NCBI GenBank assembly: GCA_900315775.1
Contig: ONAJ01000007.1
Coordinates: 15,606-79,605, forward strand
DNA from: an uncultured Prevotella sp.
GTDB lineage: Bacteria; Bacteroidota; Bacteroidia; Bacteroidales; Bacteroidaceae
Reading direction: 5' to 3'
Length of the DNA: 64,000 nt
Shown here: piece by piece, positions 52,380 through 61,691 of the stretch
Layout: every line of letters begins with the position of its first letter
Numbering within the stretch: position 1 is the first letter of the stretch
Made by a program: the position numbers and the translations under genes
Notes under the pieces: model-generated
The model's input: the letters and a program-made list of their open reading frames with translations, nothing else
Databases searched by the model: none
Told to the model about the DNA's origin: nothing

Positions 52380-54824
52380 ATGGCAAAGAAAAAACAACCC
52401 AAAGTAGCCAAATCTTTCAACGAGGCTATAGGTGTAAAAAATATATTCCAGAACGACATTTTCAATGCTATTTTTGGTATAGCATTGATATTTTTCTCTG
52501 TATATCTCATCATTGCATTCGTCTCGTATTTCAGTACTGGCGCCATAGACCAGAGTCATGTTTTGGACCAGCGTCCTGGCGAGTGGGCAAATACGGAACG
52601 CGAGTATCAGAATATCTGTGGCAGTATGGGAGCAATGCTGAGCAACTTCTTCATTGCCCGCTGTTTCGGACTCTCTGCTTTCGCTGTTCCTCTGCTTATA
52701 AGCATCATCGGAGTACGTATTCTTAAGGCATTCAAGAAGGTGAACCTCTTAAAGTGGTTCCTCTCATTGACGATAATAATGATATGGACCTCTGTAGCCT
52801 TTGCCAAGTTCCTCACACCGTTTATGGGTGACGAGGTTTACAATCCTGGAGGAGGTCACGGAGAGTATGTCAGCACATTCCTCGAGAACGTCATAGGAAC
52901 ACCAGGTCTTGTGGCTGTATTAGCCCTCATAGCTATAATGTTCCTGACATACACCACCTCGGAAACTATTATCATCATCCGCAAGATGTTCAACCCCATC
53001 GGAGCCATCACTAACAAGGTGAAGTTCCGCATAAAGAATATTTCCGAAGGCGACGGTGAGGAGTCGTCAGACACCATAAGTACCCTCCCCGATCCTGACA
53101 CCTTCGACGACCCAGAGCCGCAGACTGTAGATTTCGGCAACATCACCAACGATGCTGATAACAATGCAACGGAAGTAGTGGAAGAGACGGAAACGACAGA
53201 AGAAACAGAGGAGACAGAGGAGACAGGAATGACTATAAGCACAGGTAGCGAAGAAGAGAAAGCCGACGGCAAGACTGTCGGCGAGGTAGATCTCTCTACA
53301 CCTATCAACCCCAAGGAGCCTTGGACGAAATATAAGTATCCTACTCTCGACCTCCTGAAGAAATACGAGAACGACGGAAAGCCTTACATCGATATGAAGG
53401 AGCAGAACGAGAACAAGGACCGCATCATCAAGGTTCTTGGCAACTTCGGTGTTCAGATAAGCTCTATCACAGCTACCGTCGGTCCTACCATCACCCTCTA
53501 CGAGATTACCCCTGCTCCGGGTGTTAAGATTGCAAAGATCCGTAACCTCGAGGACGACATCGCCCTGTCGCTTGCAGCCCTCGGAATACGTATCATCGCT
53601 CCTATTCCTGGCAAGGGAACAATAGGTATCGAGGTGCCTAATGCGAAGTCTAACATCGTATCTATGGAGAGCATCCTCAACAGTCGTAAGTTCCAGGAAA
53701 CGGATATGGCGCTGCCTATAGCACTCGGAAAGACTATCACCAATGAAGTGTTTATGGTCGATTTGGCAAAGATTCCTCACCTGCTCGTTGCTGGTGCTAC
53801 CGGTCAGGGTAAGTCTGTCGGTCTTAACGCCATCATCACCTCGTTGCTCTACAAGAAACATCCTAACGAGTTGAAGTTCGTACTCATCGACCCGAAGAAG
53901 GTGGAGTTCAGCGTCTATGCTCCTATAGTAAACCACTTTATGGCAAAGGTGCCTGACGAGACTGGCGAAGAGGAAGCTATCATCACCGACGTCACGAAGG
54001 TTATCCGCACCCTGAACAGTCTCTGTAAACTTATGGATACCCGCTACGACCTCCTGAAGAAGGCTGGTGCGAAGAACATCAAGGAATATAACGCTAAGTT
54101 TGTGAACCACAGACTGCGTATTACCGATGGTCACGAGTATATGCCTTACGTCGTTGTTATCATCGACGAGTTTGGCGACCTCATCATGACAGCCGGCAAG
54201 GAGATAGAGCTTCCTATAGCACGTATTGCCCAGCTGGCACGTGCTGTGGGCATCCATATGGTTATCGCCACACAGCGTCCTACAACGTCTATCATCACAG
54301 GTAACATCAAGGCGAACTTCCCAGGTCGTATGGCGTTCCGTGTAAGTGCTATGATAGACTCACGAACCATCCTCGACCGTCCTGGTGCCAACCAGCTTAT
54401 CGGTCGCGGTGATATGCTCTTCCTCAACGGCAACGAACCTGTCCGCGTACAGTGTGCCTTCGTTGATACTCCTGAGGTGGAGGACATCAACCAGTTCATC
54501 TCAAGTCAGGCAGGACCTACAGAACCTATGGAACTTCCCGAGCCGAATACCGACGAGGAAGGCGGAGGCGGCGGTGGTGTCCTCGACTCTCACAGTCTTG
54601 ACCCGCTCTTCGAGGAGGCTGCTCACGCTATCGTTGTTTCCCAGCAGGGCTCAACGAGTATGATACAACGTCGTTTCTCTATCGGTTACAACCGTGCCGG
54701 ACGACTTATGGACCAGATGGAACAGGCTGGTGTCGTTGGTGCCGCTCAGGGTAGCAAGCCTCGTGAGGTGCTTATCACCGACATCGCTTCGCTCGATAAT
54801 CTTATTGCGCAGCTGAGGGGTTAG
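52380..54824 (+). CDS. ftsK: DNA translocase FtsK/SpoIIIE
   Basis: 814 aa. N-terminal TM segments, acidic TEETEETEET linker, GATGQGKS, VVIIDEFGDL, C-terminal gamma domain MIQRRFSIGYNRAGRLMDQME. Confidence 0.95.
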   Translation: MAKKKQPKVAKSFNEAIGVKNIFQNDIFNAIFGIALIFFSVYLIIAFVSYFSTGAIDQSHVLDQRPGEWANTEREYQNICGSMGAMLSNFFIARCFGLSAFAVPLLISIIGVRILKAFKKVNLLKWFLSLTIIMIWTSVAFAKFLTPFMGDEVYNPGGGHGEYVSTFLENVIGTPGLVAVLALIAIMFLTYTTSETIIIIRKMFNPIGAITNKVKFRIKNISEGDGEESSDTISTLPDPDTFDDPEPQTVDFGNITNDADNNATEVVEETETTEETEETEETGMTISTGSEEEKADGKTVGEVDLSTPINPKEPWTKYKYPTLDLLKKYENDGKPYIDMKEQNENKDRIIKVLGNFGVQISSITATVGPTITLYEITPAPGVKIAKIRNLEDDIALSLAALGIRIIAPIPGKGTIGIEVPNAKSNIVSMESILNSRKFQETDMALPIALGKTITNEVFMVDLAKIPHLLVAGATGQGKSVGLNAIITSLLYKKHPNELKFVLIDPKKVEFSVYAPIVNHFMAKVPDETGEEEAIITDVTKVIRTLNSLCKLMDTRYDLLKKAGAKNIKEYNAKFVNHRLRITDGHEYMPYVVVIIDEFGDLIMTAGKEIELPIARIAQLARAVGIHMVIATQRPTTSIITGNIKANFPGRMAFRVSAMIDSRTILDRPGANQLIGRGDMLFLNGNEPVRVQCAFVDTPEVEDINQFISSQAGPTEPMELPEPNTDEEGGGGGGVLDSHSLDPLFEEAAHAIVVSQQGSTSMIQRRFSIGYNRAGRLMDQMEQAGVVGAAQGSKPREVLITDIASLDNLIAQLRG

Positions 54825-54867
54825 TGGTTAGTGGTTAGAGGTTAGAGGTTAGTGGTTAGAGGTTAGA
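54819..54867. repeat. Heptamer array (GGTTAGW)x7
   Basis: The ftsK stop TAG (54822-54824) lies in the first unit. The array ends just before the lolA-like start region. Confidence 0.95.
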
Positions 54868-54872
54868 AATTT

Positions 54873-55475
54873 GTGATTATGATGAAATTAAGAAATAAGA
54901 TATTTATGCTGCTTCTGTTGCTGTTGCCCTTGATGGCGCAGGCTCAGAATGCACGTCAGATTCTCGACAAGACGGCGGCCCTCATAAGCAACAAGGGAGG
55001 TGCTACCGCCAACTTCTCCATGAGTGGGAAATATGGCAGCGCCAGCGGAACACTCTCTATCAAGGGTAAGAAGTTCTGTGCCCACACCGCCCAGGCTACT
55101 ACGTGGTACGACGGCAAGACACAATGGACATACATGAAACGCAACGACGAGGTGAACATCAGCAACCCCTCTGCCTCACAGCAGCAGTCGCTGAACCCCT
55201 ATAACTTCATCTACCTGTATAAGTCGGGCTACGACATGACGGCAAAGAAGAACGCAACGGGCTATGAGGTGCACCTTAAAGCACAGAAGAAGAACATCCG
55301 TGAGGTGTATATCACCGTCAACAAGAAATACCAACCCACGCAGATAAAGGTGCTCAACGACAAAGGCTGGAGCACTATAACGATAACAAATTTCAAAACT
55401 GCCAAACTCAGCGACAACATCTTCCGCTTCAACGACAAGGACTACCCTCAGGCGGAAGTGATAGACCTAAGATAG
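54873..55475 (+). CDS. LolA-like outer-membrane lipoprotein carrier protein
   Basis: 200 aa with a signal peptide. ARQILDKTAA...F... Conserved position after ftsK. The start could be 54879 or 54882. Confidence 0.7.
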   Translation: MIMMKLRNKIFMLLLLLLPLMAQAQNARQILDKTAALISNKGGATANFSMSGKYGSASGTLSIKGKKFCAHTAQATTWYDGKTQWTYMKRNDEVNISNPSASQQQSLNPYNFIYLYKSGYDMTAKKNATGYEVHLKAQKKNIREVYITVNKKYQPTQIKVLNDKGWSTITITNFKTAKLSDNIFRFNDKDYPQAEVIDLR

Positions 55476-55481
55476 CACATC

Positions 55482-56972
55482 ATGCGACGAATAGAGATTT
55501 ATAGAGCACTACGCAAACACGTAAAACTCTCTGAAAAGAGAAGCCTCTCCTACGAACAAAATCGCACAGCGATGATCTTAGGATACATCATGGTGGGCTT
55601 CCTTGTAATGTACATGATGTTTATCGCCGTAATGCTGGCACTTATCGCCAACAGCTCCGACACAGAGTTCTCTTACGAGCTGTTCTACGCTTTGGCACCT
55701 ATCTTCATCACCCTCGACTTCTACAGCAGATTTATCGGACAGCAGACGCCCTCACAACTCACCAAACCCTATCTGCTCCTCCCCCTGCCCCGCTATGCAT
55801 GTGTGGAGAGTTTTATCCTTTCCAGTATCATCACGCCAAACAACCTCCTGTGGATGTTTCTCACGGTGCCCTATGCTATTATGAGCATCGTCTTCTCCTA
55901 CGGACTGTGGACCGCTGTGGCGTTTGTTGTCAGCTTCCAGCTCTTGGTAGTCATCAACTCACAGAACTATATGTTCTGGCGCACGTTGGCAACGAGGAGC
56001 ATCCTGTGGCACATACCGCCGATACTCATCTACGGTTCTCTTTTCCTGCCCTGGATTCTCAACGAAGACTTCGACTTCTTCGGTTCGCTGGGTCGTTGGC
56101 TCTCTACAGGAAATCCCTTAGCGTGGCTCGTCGCCCTGCTGGTATTAGTATGCTTCTTCCTTCTCAACAGACGCATGCAGTACCACTTCACATACGCCGA
56201 CACCACAGGAACGGCAGAGAAGAACCTCCGCTCTGTCAGCGAGTTCAGACAACTGGACCGCTTCGGACAGATTGGCGAATATATCAAGTTAGAGATAAAG
56301 AGCATCATGCGCAACAAAAATATGCGCAACTCTTTCCTCTACTCCACAATCTTCACCACCATACTGAGCTTAATAATTGCCTATACCGACATCTACGACG
56401 GAGCCTACATGAGCCGCTTCTGGATAGTCTATGTTTTCATAATCAACGGTGCTATGCTCCTTTCGAAGATTATGGGTGCCGAGGGCAACTACATAGACTG
56501 TCTTATGGTTCACCACGAGAACATCTTGCAGCTGCTCCACGCAAAATACTATTTCTACTGCTCGCTGCTCCTGCTGCCGCTACTGCTTATGATACCTACT
56601 GTCTTCATGGGGAAATATACCATTCTCATGCTCATCTCTATGGCTATCTTCGCAGCGGGTCCCATCTACTGCTCTATGATGCAGATGGCAGTATGGAACA
56701 AACAAACTATCCCTCTCAACTCCAAACTTATCAGTCGCGGTAACGTAGAGACCAACTGGTTTGCAGTAATTATGGAATTGGCAGTAATGTTCCTGCCGGT
56801 AATCCTGCTTAGTCTGCTCCCACTGCTATTCAGCGAAACGGTGACTTACATCATCATGCTCGTTATTGGAGTAGTATTCATTGCCACCAGAAATCTGTGG
56901 ATACGCAACATCTACAACCGCTTTATGGCTCGTCGCTATAGCAATATGGAGAGCTTCAGGGCTACACGATAG
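55482..56972 (+). CDS. Polytopic integral membrane protein of unknown function (ABC-2-permease-like topology)
   Basis: 496 aa with about 10-12 hydrophobic segments. No catalytic motif recognised. Confidence 0.65.
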   Translation: MRRIEIYRALRKHVKLSEKRSLSYEQNRTAMILGYIMVGFLVMYMMFIAVMLALIANSSDTEFSYELFYALAPIFITLDFYSRFIGQQTPSQLTKPYLLLPLPRYACVESFILSSIITPNNLLWMFLTVPYAIMSIVFSYGLWTAVAFVVSFQLLVVINSQNYMFWRTLATRSILWHIPPILIYGSLFLPWILNEDFDFFGSLGRWLSTGNPLAWLVALLVLVCFFLLNRRMQYHFTYADTTGTAEKNLRSVSEFRQLDRFGQIGEYIKLEIKSIMRNKNMRNSFLYSTIFTTILSLIIAYTDIYDGAYMSRFWIVYVFIINGAMLLSKIMGAEGNYIDCLMVHHENILQLLHAKYYFYCSLLLLPLLLMIPTVFMGKYTILMLISMAIFAAGPIYCSMMQMAVWNKQTIPLNSKLISRGNVETNWFAVIMELAVMFLPVILLSLLPLLFSETVTYIIMLVIGVVFIATRNLWIRNIYNRFMARRYSNMESFRATR

Positions 56973-57012
56973 AAAATCAAAAACATATTATACAAATCTA
57001 ACTAAATGAATC

Positions 57013-57456
57013 ATGAAAAAAATCGTAACATTACTCTTATCATTGTTTCTGACTGTGGGAACAGCCTTTGCTGACAACTCCCAGATAGTCATTATCAATG
57101 GTCAGAAAGTCGAGAAGGTAGCAACGAAGATTACCTTCAATGGCGACAATGCTGTCGTTTCGTTCTCTGACGGCTCTTCACAGTCTGCCGACATGTCGCA
57201 GGTGGTTATCTACCTCAACGTTTCTACCGACATCCGCAAGGTGGAGACCTTCAGTTTCAACGGACTCATCGGCGACGAGCTCCATCTGTCAAACATCGCA
57301 GAAGGTACAGCTGTCACCATCTATGACGCAACAGGAAAAGTTCTGCAGCAGGTAAAAGCTACAGACACTACCCTCTCTCTCAACACCGCTTCGCTGAAGA
57401 ACGGCGTTTACGTGCTTAAGGCAGGAAATCAGATAGTTAAATTCTTGAAAAAATAA
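57013..57456 (+). CDS. Small secreted protein consisting of a short N-domain plus a T9SS-type C-terminal sorting domain
   Basis: 147 aa with a signal peptide. C-terminus VTIYDATGKVLQQV...LKNGVYVLKAGNQIVKFLKK. Confidence 0.65.
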   Translation: MKKIVTLLLSLFLTVGTAFADNSQIVIINGQKVEKVATKITFNGDNAVVSFSDGSSQSADMSQVVIYLNVSTDIRKVETFSFNGLIGDELHLSNIAEGTAVTIYDATGKVLQQVKATDTTLSLNTASLKNGVYVLKAGNQIVKFLKK

Positions 57457-57459
57457 GCT

Positions 57460-59751
57460 ATGAGAAATATCATTTTAAAGGGCGCACTCGTTGCGCTGGT
57501 AGCCTTCTGCGGAGTAGAAGCTAATGCACAGAACGACGTTCCAGCCGACCAGACAAAGAATCAGCTCAGCCTGGAACTTACAAGCGGCGAGAACAAATAC
57601 TATAATACTGAGGCTATCACCAGCGTTGATATCAACGACGGCAATGTCAAGGTGAACAGCGACCAGTATAACGGCAACGTTAAGACAATATCTTTCAACA
57701 AGGCCAATATTATCAACGAGGACGGCAAGGTAGAGATTATCGAGGCTAAAGGATGGTTGGAGTCAGCCTATATCAAGTTCAAGCTCCTTCAGGGTGCCGT
57801 TACCTATAATGTCTATGTCAAGGGCGGACAGTATGCCGACTGGACAAAGATAGACTACCAGCTGGTACGCAACTACGGCACCTACGGACGTGCTGACGTA
57901 GTAGGCCTTAAGGCTGGTTCCTACGCTTTGAAGGTTGTTCCAGTTGACGGAACAAAGGCAGAAAAGGCTTCCGCCGCCAACGAGGTGTCAGGACTCACCG
58001 TTACCAACTACGACCGCTCCGGTTTCGCACACTTCAACTATAGCGGCATAGGTGCTTACAACGACGACGGTACGCTGAAGTCTAACGCTAAGGTTCTCTA
58101 CGTCACTAAGAACACCGCAAAGACTATATCTACCACCGTTGCTGGTGCTCAGACAAATCCTTGTGTTGGTCTGCAGAACATCATCACCGCCTACGAGAAG
58201 GGACAGGACCAGACTCCTATCGCCTTCCGTTTCATCGGACTCGTAACAAAGGATGACCTCGATGCTATAGGCAGCTCTACTCACGGTATTCAGGTGAAGG
58301 GCAAGAAGTCTTACTCGGTAATGAATATGACCTTCGAGGGTATCGGCGACGATGCTACAATACGCGGCTTCGGCTTCATGACTCGTAACAGCACGAGTGT
58401 AGAATACAGAAACCTGGCTATCATGCGTTGTATGGACGACGACGTCGAGCTGAACACAGAGAACTCTCATATCTGGATTCACCACAACGACATCTTCTAC
58501 GGTGAACACGGAGGCGGCGACCACGCTAAGGGCGACGGATGCGTAGATATCAAGGACAACTCACAGTATATCACCGTAAGCTACAACCACTACTGGGATA
58601 CCGGTAAGACAAATATGTTCGGTATGAAGAGCGAGAGCGGTCCTAACTACCTTAGCTATCACCACAACTGGTTCGACCACTCCGACTCTCGTCACCCACG
58701 TGTTCGTACTATGTCTGTTCACGTATGGAACAACTTCTTCGACAACATAGCGAAGTATGGTGTTGGTGCCACCTCTGGCGCAAGCGTATTCGTTGAGAAT
58801 AACTACTTCCTCAAGACAAAGAAACCTATCCTCTCTTCAGGTCAGGGTACCGACGCTCTCGGCTCAGGAACATTCTCTGGCGAGGAAGGCGGTATGATAA
58901 AGGCTTACGGCAACTACTTCGACCGCAATGCAGTAAACTTCAAGTACTTCACCCAGAGCAACCCTGCCTCAACAGGCTACGACGCTTACGAGACAGCATC
59001 ACGTGACGAGAAGGTGCCCGCTTCTGAGGTAACACGCTCAGGAGGTCACAAGTACGACAACTTCGATACCGACGCATCACTGATGTACGCCTATAATCCT
59101 GATGCAGCCGAGGACGTTCCCGGCATCGTAAAGAGCTACTACGGAGCAGGTCGTCTTAATCATGGTGACTTCACCTACACCTTCAAGGACAATGTTGGTA
59201 ACGACGATACCGACTCTGCCTACGACTCTGCACTCGGTTCACTCCTCGACAACTACAAGTCATCACTCGTAGGAATCTTCGACGGAGAGAGCTCTGGCGG
59301 TGGTGAACAAGGCGGTGGCGAACAAGGCGGCGGCGAACAAGGCGGCGGCGAACAAGGCGGCGGCGTGACACCAGCACCAGAAGGCACTATCCTCTGCTCT
59401 TTCGACGGAGAACCTTCACAGAGTATGTTTACTGCTGCCAACAACTACGGCGACGGCAAGATTACCTACAACGGCGTTTACTACAAGAAGGGTGAGAAGA
59501 TGGACTCTAAGGGTTCTATCAGCTTCACTCCTACAAAGAACTACAACATGACAATAGTTCTCGGAACAGCAAAATCAGGCACCAACGTTAATATCAACGG
59601 TGTTACTACAACCGTCGGCGGTACAACAAACACCGAAGGTAAGTACTACGAACTCGACCCTATCGAGGTGACGGCAAACACACAGTACACCATCACCAAA
59701 GGTTCTGCCGAAGGACTGGTAATGCTCATCATTCTTGAGCCTAAAGAATAA
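57460..59751 (+). CDS. Pectate lyase (PL1-like parallel beta-helix) with GGGEQ-repeat linker and a C-terminal beta-rich module
   Basis: 763 aa with a signal peptide. IWIHHNDIF, DGCVDIKDNSQYITVSYNH, SRHPRVR. Confidence 0.8.
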   Translation: MRNIILKGALVALVAFCGVEANAQNDVPADQTKNQLSLELTSGENKYYNTEAITSVDINDGNVKVNSDQYNGNVKTISFNKANIINEDGKVEIIEAKGWLESAYIKFKLLQGAVTYNVYVKGGQYADWTKIDYQLVRNYGTYGRADVVGLKAGSYALKVVPVDGTKAEKASAANEVSGLTVTNYDRSGFAHFNYSGIGAYNDDGTLKSNAKVLYVTKNTAKTISTTVAGAQTNPCVGLQNIITAYEKGQDQTPIAFRFIGLVTKDDLDAIGSSTHGIQVKGKKSYSVMNMTFEGIGDDATIRGFGFMTRNSTSVEYRNLAIMRCMDDDVELNTENSHIWIHHNDIFYGEHGGGDHAKGDGCVDIKDNSQYITVSYNHYWDTGKTNMFGMKSESGPNYLSYHHNWFDHSDSRHPRVRTMSVHVWNNFFDNIAKYGVGATSGASVFVENNYFLKTKKPILSSGQGTDALGSGTFSGEEGGMIKAYGNYFDRNAVNFKYFTQSNPASTGYDAYETASRDEKVPASEVTRSGGHKYDNFDTDASLMYAYNPDAAEDVPGIVKSYYGAGRLNHGDFTYTFKDNVGNDDTDSAYDSALGSLLDNYKSSLVGIFDGESSGGGEQGGGEQGGGEQGGGEQGGGVTPAPEGTILCSFDGEPSQSMFTAANNYGDGKITYNGVYYKKGEKMDSKGSISFTPTKNYNMTIVLGTAKSGTNVNINGVTTTVGGTTNTEGKYYELDPIEVTANTQYTITKGSAEGLVMLIILEPKE
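59296..59365 (+). repeat. 15-bp tandem repeat x4.7 (GGCGGYGGYGAACAA) encoding (GGGEQ)4GGG
   Basis: Direct inspection. The last two units are identical. Confidence 0.95.
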
Positions 59752-59780
59752 CCCTCACGCGAACATCTATAATAATAGTA

Positions 59781-59815
59781 AGGGCACTTCCTTTTGGGAG
59801 GTGCTCTTCTTTTTT
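59781..59815 (+). terminator. Rho-independent terminator after the pectate lyase gene
   Basis: AGGGCACTTCC-TTTT-GGGAGGTGCTCT stem (one bulge) followed by CTTTTTT. Confidence 0.55.
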
Positions 59816-59869
59816 AAAAATAATTTCAAAAAAGTAGTCGAAATATTTGGCGGTTCCAATAAAAGTACG

Positions 59870-59877
59870 TACCTTTG
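59870..59877 (+). promoter_or_regulatory. -7 box TACCTTTG upstream of tRNA-Lys
   Basis: TAnnTTTG match 23 nt upstream of tRNA position 1. Confidence 0.5.
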
Positions 59878-59900
59878 CACCCGCAAAACCAAAAAAACAT

Positions 59901-59973
59901 GCGCTTGTAGCTCAGTTGGTAGAGCACCTGACTCTTAATCAGGGTGTCCAGGGTTCGAACCCCTGCAGGCGTA
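59901..59973 (+). tRNA. tRNA-Lys (anticodon CUU)
   Basis: Hand-folded cloverleaf: acceptor GCGCTTG/CAGGCGT (two G-U pairs), D arm GCTC-AGTTGGTA-GAGC, anticodon arm CCTGA-CTCTTAA-TCAGG, T arm CAGGG-TTCGAAC-CCCTG, discriminator A. No encoded CCA. Confidence 0.9.
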
Positions 59974-59986
59974 CGAGGGTGAGTGA

Positions 59987-60023
59987 GGAATCGTCGATGG
60001 AAACTGAGACGGTTCCTTTTTTT
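59987..60023 (+). terminator. Rho-independent terminator after tRNA-Lys
   Basis: GGAATCGTC...GACGGTTCC stem followed by TTTTTTT. Confidence 0.7.
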
Positions 60024-60051
60024 GTGTCTTTACATTATTTTAACTTATTGT

Positions 60052-60063
60052 CTTTACGTAAAG
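60052..60063. promoter_or_regulatory. Perfect 12-bp palindrome CTTTACGTAAAG just upstream of the uxaB promoter box
   Basis: Ends 14 nt before the -7 box. A half-site-like copy, TGTCTTTAC, lies 23 nt upstream. Confidence 0.3.
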
Positions 60064-60077
60064 TCCTTGGAAATAAC

Positions 60078-60085
60078 TACCTTTG
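60078..60085 (+). promoter_or_regulatory. -7 box TACCTTTG upstream of uxaB
   Basis: TAnnTTTG match 64 nt upstream of ATG 60150. Confidence 0.45.
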
Positions 60086-60149
60086 CAGGGCATTGATGAT
60101 GCTATCGAAAAACAAGTATAAAAACAAATATAAAAACATCTATTAAATC

Positions 60150-61637
60150 ATGGCAAATTTAAAATCACTAAGCAAGCAGACCGCTCCTAAGAGTGTTATG
60201 CCTGAAAGAATTATCCAGTTCGGTGAGGGTAACTTCCTCCGCGCATTCGTTGACTGGATTATCTGGAACATGGACGCAAAGACCAACTTCAACGGTAGCG
60301 TTGTCGTTGTTCAGCCTATCGAGCGTGGTATGGTTGACTGGCTCAACGGTCAGGACTGTCTCTATCACGTAAACCTGCAGGGTCGCCTCAACGGTGAGGC
60401 TGTAAACTCACTGGAACGTATCGACGTCATCAGTCGCGCCCTCAACCCCTACTCTCAGAACTGGGCATTCATGTCATTGGCAGAGCAGCCAGAGATTCGT
60501 TTCGTAATCTCTAACACCACAGAGGCTGGTATTGCTTTCGACGACACCTGTAAGTTCACCGACGCTCCTGCTTCTTCTTACCCAGGTAAGCTCGTGCAGC
60601 TGCTCTATCGTCGTTTCAAGACCTTCAACGGCGATCCTACAAAGGGTCTTATCATCATGCCTTGCGAGCTCATCTTCCTCAACGGTCACCACCTGAAGGA
60701 CTGCATCGAGAAGTACATCGAGCTGTGGAAGGCTGACCTCGGTGCTGACTACGCTGCTTTCAAGGAGTGGTTCGAGAAGTACAACTACGTTTGCGCTACC
60801 CTCGTTGACCGCATCGTTCCTGGCTTCCCACGCAAGGAGATTGCCGACATCCAGCAGAAGATTGGCTACAAGGACAACCTCGTTGTTCAGGCAGAAATCT
60901 TCCACCTCTGGGTTATCGAGAAACCAACAAATATGTCTATCGAGCAGCTCCGCGAGGAGTTCCCTGCAGAGAAGGCAGGTCTCCACGTTCTCATCGCCGA
61001 GAGCGAGGCTCCTTACCACGAGCGTAAGGTTACGCTGCTCAACGGTCCTCACACCGTTCTCTCTCCTGTTGCTTACCTCTCTGGCGTTGACATCGTCCGC
61101 GATGCTTGCAACCACGAGGTTATCGGTAAGTACATCCACAAGGTACAGTTCGAGGAGCTCATGCAGACCCTGAACCTCCCTATGGAAGAGCTGCAGCAGT
61201 TCGGTGCCGACGTTCTGGAGCGTTTCAACAACCCGTACGTTGACCACCAGGTAACAAGCATCATGCTCAACTCATTCCCCAAGTTCCAGACCCGCGACCT
61301 TCCTGGTCTGAAGGTATATCTGGAGCGCAAGGGCGAGCTGCCTAAGGGCTTGGTACTCGGTCTCGCTGCTATCATCACCTACTACAAGGGTGGCAAGCGT
61401 GCCGACGGCGCAGAGATTGTTCCTAACGATGCTCAGGAGATTATGGACCTGCTGAAGAACCTCTGGGCAACAGGCGACACACGCAAGGTTGCTGAGGGTG
61501 TCCTCGCTGCTAAGGACCTCATCTGGGGCGAGCACGGCGACCTGAACCAGATTCCTGGTCTCACCGATATGGTAGTAAGCTTCCTCGACAGCATCCAGCA
61601 GAAGGGTATGCTCGAAACCGTCAAAACTATTTTGTAA
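60150..61637 (+). CDS. uxaB: Tagaturonate reductase (altronate oxidoreductase), mannitol dehydrogenase family
   Basis: 495 aa. PERIIQFGEGNFLRAFVDWII... Confidence 0.85.
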   Translation: MANLKSLSKQTAPKSVMPERIIQFGEGNFLRAFVDWIIWNMDAKTNFNGSVVVVQPIERGMVDWLNGQDCLYHVNLQGRLNGEAVNSLERIDVISRALNPYSQNWAFMSLAEQPEIRFVISNTTEAGIAFDDTCKFTDAPASSYPGKLVQLLYRRFKTFNGDPTKGLIIMPCELIFLNGHHLKDCIEKYIELWKADLGADYAAFKEWFEKYNYVCATLVDRIVPGFPRKEIADIQQKIGYKDNLVVQAEIFHLWVIEKPTNMSIEQLREEFPAEKAGLHVLIAESEAPYHERKVTLLNGPHTVLSPVAYLSGVDIVRDACNHEVIGKYIHKVQFEELMQTLNLPMEELQQFGADVLERFNNPYVDHQVTSIMLNSFPKFQTRDLPGLKVYLERKGELPKGLVLGLAAIITYYKGGKRADGAEIVPNDAQEIMDLLKNLWATGDTRKVAEGVLAAKDLIWGEHGDLNQIPGLTDMVVSFLDSIQQKGMLETVKTIL

Positions 61638-61640
61638 CCA

Positions 61641-61685
61641 ATAGTAAAATAGTAAATTGTAAATAGTAAAATAGTAAATAATAAA
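61641..61685. repeat. 7-8-bp tandem array (ATAGTAAA-like)x6 between convergent genes
   Basis: Flanked by the inverted 8-mers GTAACCAA (61635-61642) and TTGGTTAC (61688-61695). These contain the two convergent stop codons. Confidence 0.9.
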
Positions 61686-61691
61686 GGTTGG

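Noticed and set aside
59183-59444. Minus-strand ORFs with RRRLVRRRLV and PPPCSPPPCS repeats.
   Set aside because: They are artefacts of reading the 15-bp GGGEQ repeat of the pectate lyase gene on the opposite strand.
59901-59973. tRNA-Lys as the attachment site of a genomic island.
   Set aside because: There is no integrase and no direct repeat of the tRNA 3' end nearby. The flanking genes (pectate lyase, uxaB) are functionally coherent.
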